Positions 61,738 to 64,000 of a DNA stretch of 64,000 nt are shown here, in pieces. Position 1 is the stretch's first letter. Each line of letters begins with the position of its first letter. The position numbers and the translations under genes were made by a program. The notes under the pieces were generated by a model, which saw only the letters and a program-made list of their open reading frames with translations, did not search any database and was not told where the DNA came from. This DNA comes from an uncultured Gemmatimonadales bacterium (GTDB lineage: Bacteria; Gemmatimonadota; Gemmatimonadetes; Gemmatimonadales; GWC2-71-9), in contig CAVUAK010000002.1 in the NCBI GenBank assembly GCA_963739455.1, forward strand, positions 260,054-324,053, in the 5' to 3' direction.

Positions 61738-63635
61738 CGTGCTTCCAGGCTCTCCTCGCGCACGAGCGCGGAGATGCGGCGGGCGATGCCGTCGGCGGTG
61801 AGGCCGAACTCCTCCAGCTGGTCGGGGCGAGGGGCCTGCTCCACCAGCTTGTCCGGAATGCCGAGAGCCACCACGCGCACCTCGGGCCGGGTGGTCTGCA
61901 GCATCTCGGCGAGGTATGCGCCGAAGCCGTTCACCACCGTCCCCTCCTCGACCGTGACGATGGTGCGATGATCGCGCGCGATGGCCTCGAGCATGGTGGA
62001 ATCGAGCGGCTTCAGGAAGCGACAGTTGACGACGGCCGCGTCGATGCCGGTCGCCGCGAGTCGCTCGGCGGCCTGCAGCGCCGGCTGGACCATGGTGCCC
62101 ACAGCGAGGATGGCGAGGTCACGGCCCTCGCGCAGCGACTCCCACGTGCCGTACGGCACGGCCGGCATTTCGCTGACGGGGCGCGGCTCGACCGGCACCT
62201 TGTCGCGCGGATAGCGGGTGCAGAACGGCCCACCGGTGTGCGCCAGCGCGGTGCGCAGGAGGCCCACCAGCTCGTCGCCATCCTTCGGGGCGGTGACCGT
62301 CATGCCCGGCACCGCCAGCATGTAGGCGATGTCGTAGAGGCCCATGTGCGTCTGGCCGTCTTCGCCAACCAGCCCCGCGCGGTCCATGCAGAAGATCACG
62401 GGCAGGTGCTGCACGGCGATGTCGTGGATGATGTTGTCGTATGCGCGCTGCAGGAACGTGCTGTAGATGGCGCACGACCGGCTTGATGCCCTGCGTGGCA
62501 AGACCGCCGGCGAACGTGACGGCGTGTCCCTCGGCGATGCCCACGTCGAAGAACCGCTCCGGCCACTTCTTCTGGAAGATGGCGGTGCCCGTGCCCGAGG
62601 GCATGGCCGCCGTGATCGCGACCAGGTCCTTGTCTTCCTCGGCCAGCGCCGTCAGCGCGTCCCCGAAGACCTGCGTCCACGTTGGGTGGGCCGCTCGCCT
62701 TCTTCCGCGGCTCGCCGGTGATCGGGTCGTACGCCGCGAGGCCATGCCACTTCTCACGGTTGGATTCCGCGAAGCCGAAGCCCTTCCCCTTCTCGGTGAG
62801 CACGTGCACCACCCGGGGGCCCGTCATCGATCGCACCATCGCGAGCGTGTCGGTCAGCTTGTCGAGGTCATGGCCGTCGATGGGGCCGAAGTACCGGAAG
62901 CCGAGCTCCTCGAAGAGCATGCCCGGCGACCAGAGGTTCTTGACGCTCTCCTCGACATTCTTGGCGAAATCCACCACGCCCTGCGCCGAAGACGCCACCG
63001 AGCGCGAAGGTCATGTGCTTCACCTTCTCGCGGAGCCGGTTGGTGCGCGGATCGGCGACGATGGCACCGAGTGTCTTGTTGATCGCACCGACGTTGGGCG
63101 AGATCGACATGCCGTTGTCGTTGACGATGAGCATGATGTCGCGATCGGAGTGCCCCGCGTTGTTCATGCCCTCGTACGACAGGCCGCACGTCAGGGCGCC
63201 GTCGCCCACCACGGCCACGACCTTGTGCTGCTGGCGCCGGAGGTCGCGCGCGGTGGCCATGCCCAGCGCCGCCGACATCGCCGTGCCGGCGTGCCCGGCA
63301 CCGAACTGGTCGTGCTCACTCTCACTGCGCTTGAGGAAGCCGGAAATACCATCGGTCTGGCGCAGCGTGGGGAATCCCTCGTTGCGCCCCGTGAGGAGCT
63401 TCCAGGCGTAGGCCTGGTGACCGACGTCCCAGAGAATCTTGTCGGTCGGGGAGTCGAACTCGTACAGGAGCGCGATGGTGAGCTCCACAACGCCGAGGCT
63501 CGCCCCGATGTGGCCCCCGGTCTGCGAGCAGCACTCGATCAGGCGCTCGCGGATATCCGCGGCCAGCTGCGGCAGCTGGTCGCGCCGCAGGCGCTTGAGG
63601 TCGGCGGGGCCGTGGATGGAATCGAGGAGAGACAT
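61734..63635 (-). CDS. dxs: 1-deoxy-D-xylulose-5-phosphate synthase (about three frameshifts)
   Basis: [21 protein letters not shown]...[26 protein letters not shown] and [10 protein letters not shown] motifs. Confidence 0.93.
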
Positions 63636-63638
63636 GGG

Positions 63639-64000
63639 TCAGGAGTTCCTTGTCACAATATAGTGCGCCAATGCCCCGAGGGCGGGCGTGGACAGCCCTG
63701 CCCGCTCCAGGTGACTGATCGCCGAGCGTGCCAGCCGCTCCGCCTCCGCCCGCGCGCCATCGATTCCCAGCAGCTGCGCGTAGGTGGACTTGCTGAGCGC
63801 CTCATCCTTGCCTGCGGTCTTGCCCAGCTGATCGCTGGTTCCAGTGACGTCGAGCACGTCATCGGCGACCTGGAACGCGAGCCCGATGTCGGCACCGTAG
63901 CGCTGCAACGCGAGCAGGCCCTCGTCCGAGGCTCGCGCAGCCAGGCCGCCGAGCACGCAGGACGCCTGGATCAGCGCGCCCGTCTTTCCCCGATGCACGG
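63639..64000 (-). CDS. ispA: polyprenyl (farnesyl/geranylgeranyl) diphosphate synthase, C-terminal part
   Basis: KTGAL, GLAFQVADDVLD and GKTAGKD; position upstream of dxs. Confidence 0.88.
   Translation of the reverse strand, partial: VHRGKTGALIQASCVLGGLAARASDEGLLALQRYGADIGLAFQVADDVLDVTGTSDQLGKTAGKDEALSKSTYAQLLGIDGARAEAERLARSAISHLERAGLSTPALGALAHYIVTRNS

Noticed and set aside
7845-63635. Pseudogenisation or programmed frameshifting of split genes
   Set aside because: Affects essential single-copy genes with no consistent slippery motif and no other decay; sequencing error is the simpler explanation
1-64000. CRISPR array, integrase, transposase, prophage, rRNA or anti-phage defence genes
   Set aside because: No spaced direct repeats of CRISPR size and no recognisable motifs for these families in any frame

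Overview
A high-GC bacterial chromosome segment. Protein style and gene order (archaeal/eukaryote-type ProS, Arg-rich RpsB tail, pccB-accC-rlmD-BCCP-rplM) suggest Gemmatimonadota, which is an inference. Most of the window is a minus-strand core backbone: ispA-dxs-nadK-recN-hslR; galK; tRNA-Leu(TAA); tyrA-aroA-cmk-rpsA; acyl-CoA carboxylase genes; rplM-rpsI-rpsB-tsf-pyrH-frr-uppS-cdsA-dxr-rseP; rpsO-pnp; mreBCD-mrdA-rodA; accD-folC-hisS-proS-lysA-guaA; dusB. About 25 genes, many essential, carry 1-nt indels that look like uncorrected long-read errors rather than pseudogenes, so those coordinates are reconstructed and approximate. The accessory patches are the most interesting part. (1) Downstream of tRNA-Leu lies an arsR-arsM-arsN2-aquaporin-arsC cluster with two ATCAA-N6-TTGAT operators and a probably leaderless arsR. 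(2) Next comes a Fur/Zur-like box upstream of an uncharacterised Cys/His small protein coupled to a Cys-free S4 (rpsD) paralog. (3) guaA looks Burkholderiales-like and is followed by an unknown lipoprotein, a pentapeptide-repeat mini-protein and an orphan Ser/Thr kinase. (4) Sulfatase-cluster-type genes flank rpsA. (5) There is an orphan two-gene pilin-like module. No CRISPR array, integrase, transposase or rRNA was seen.
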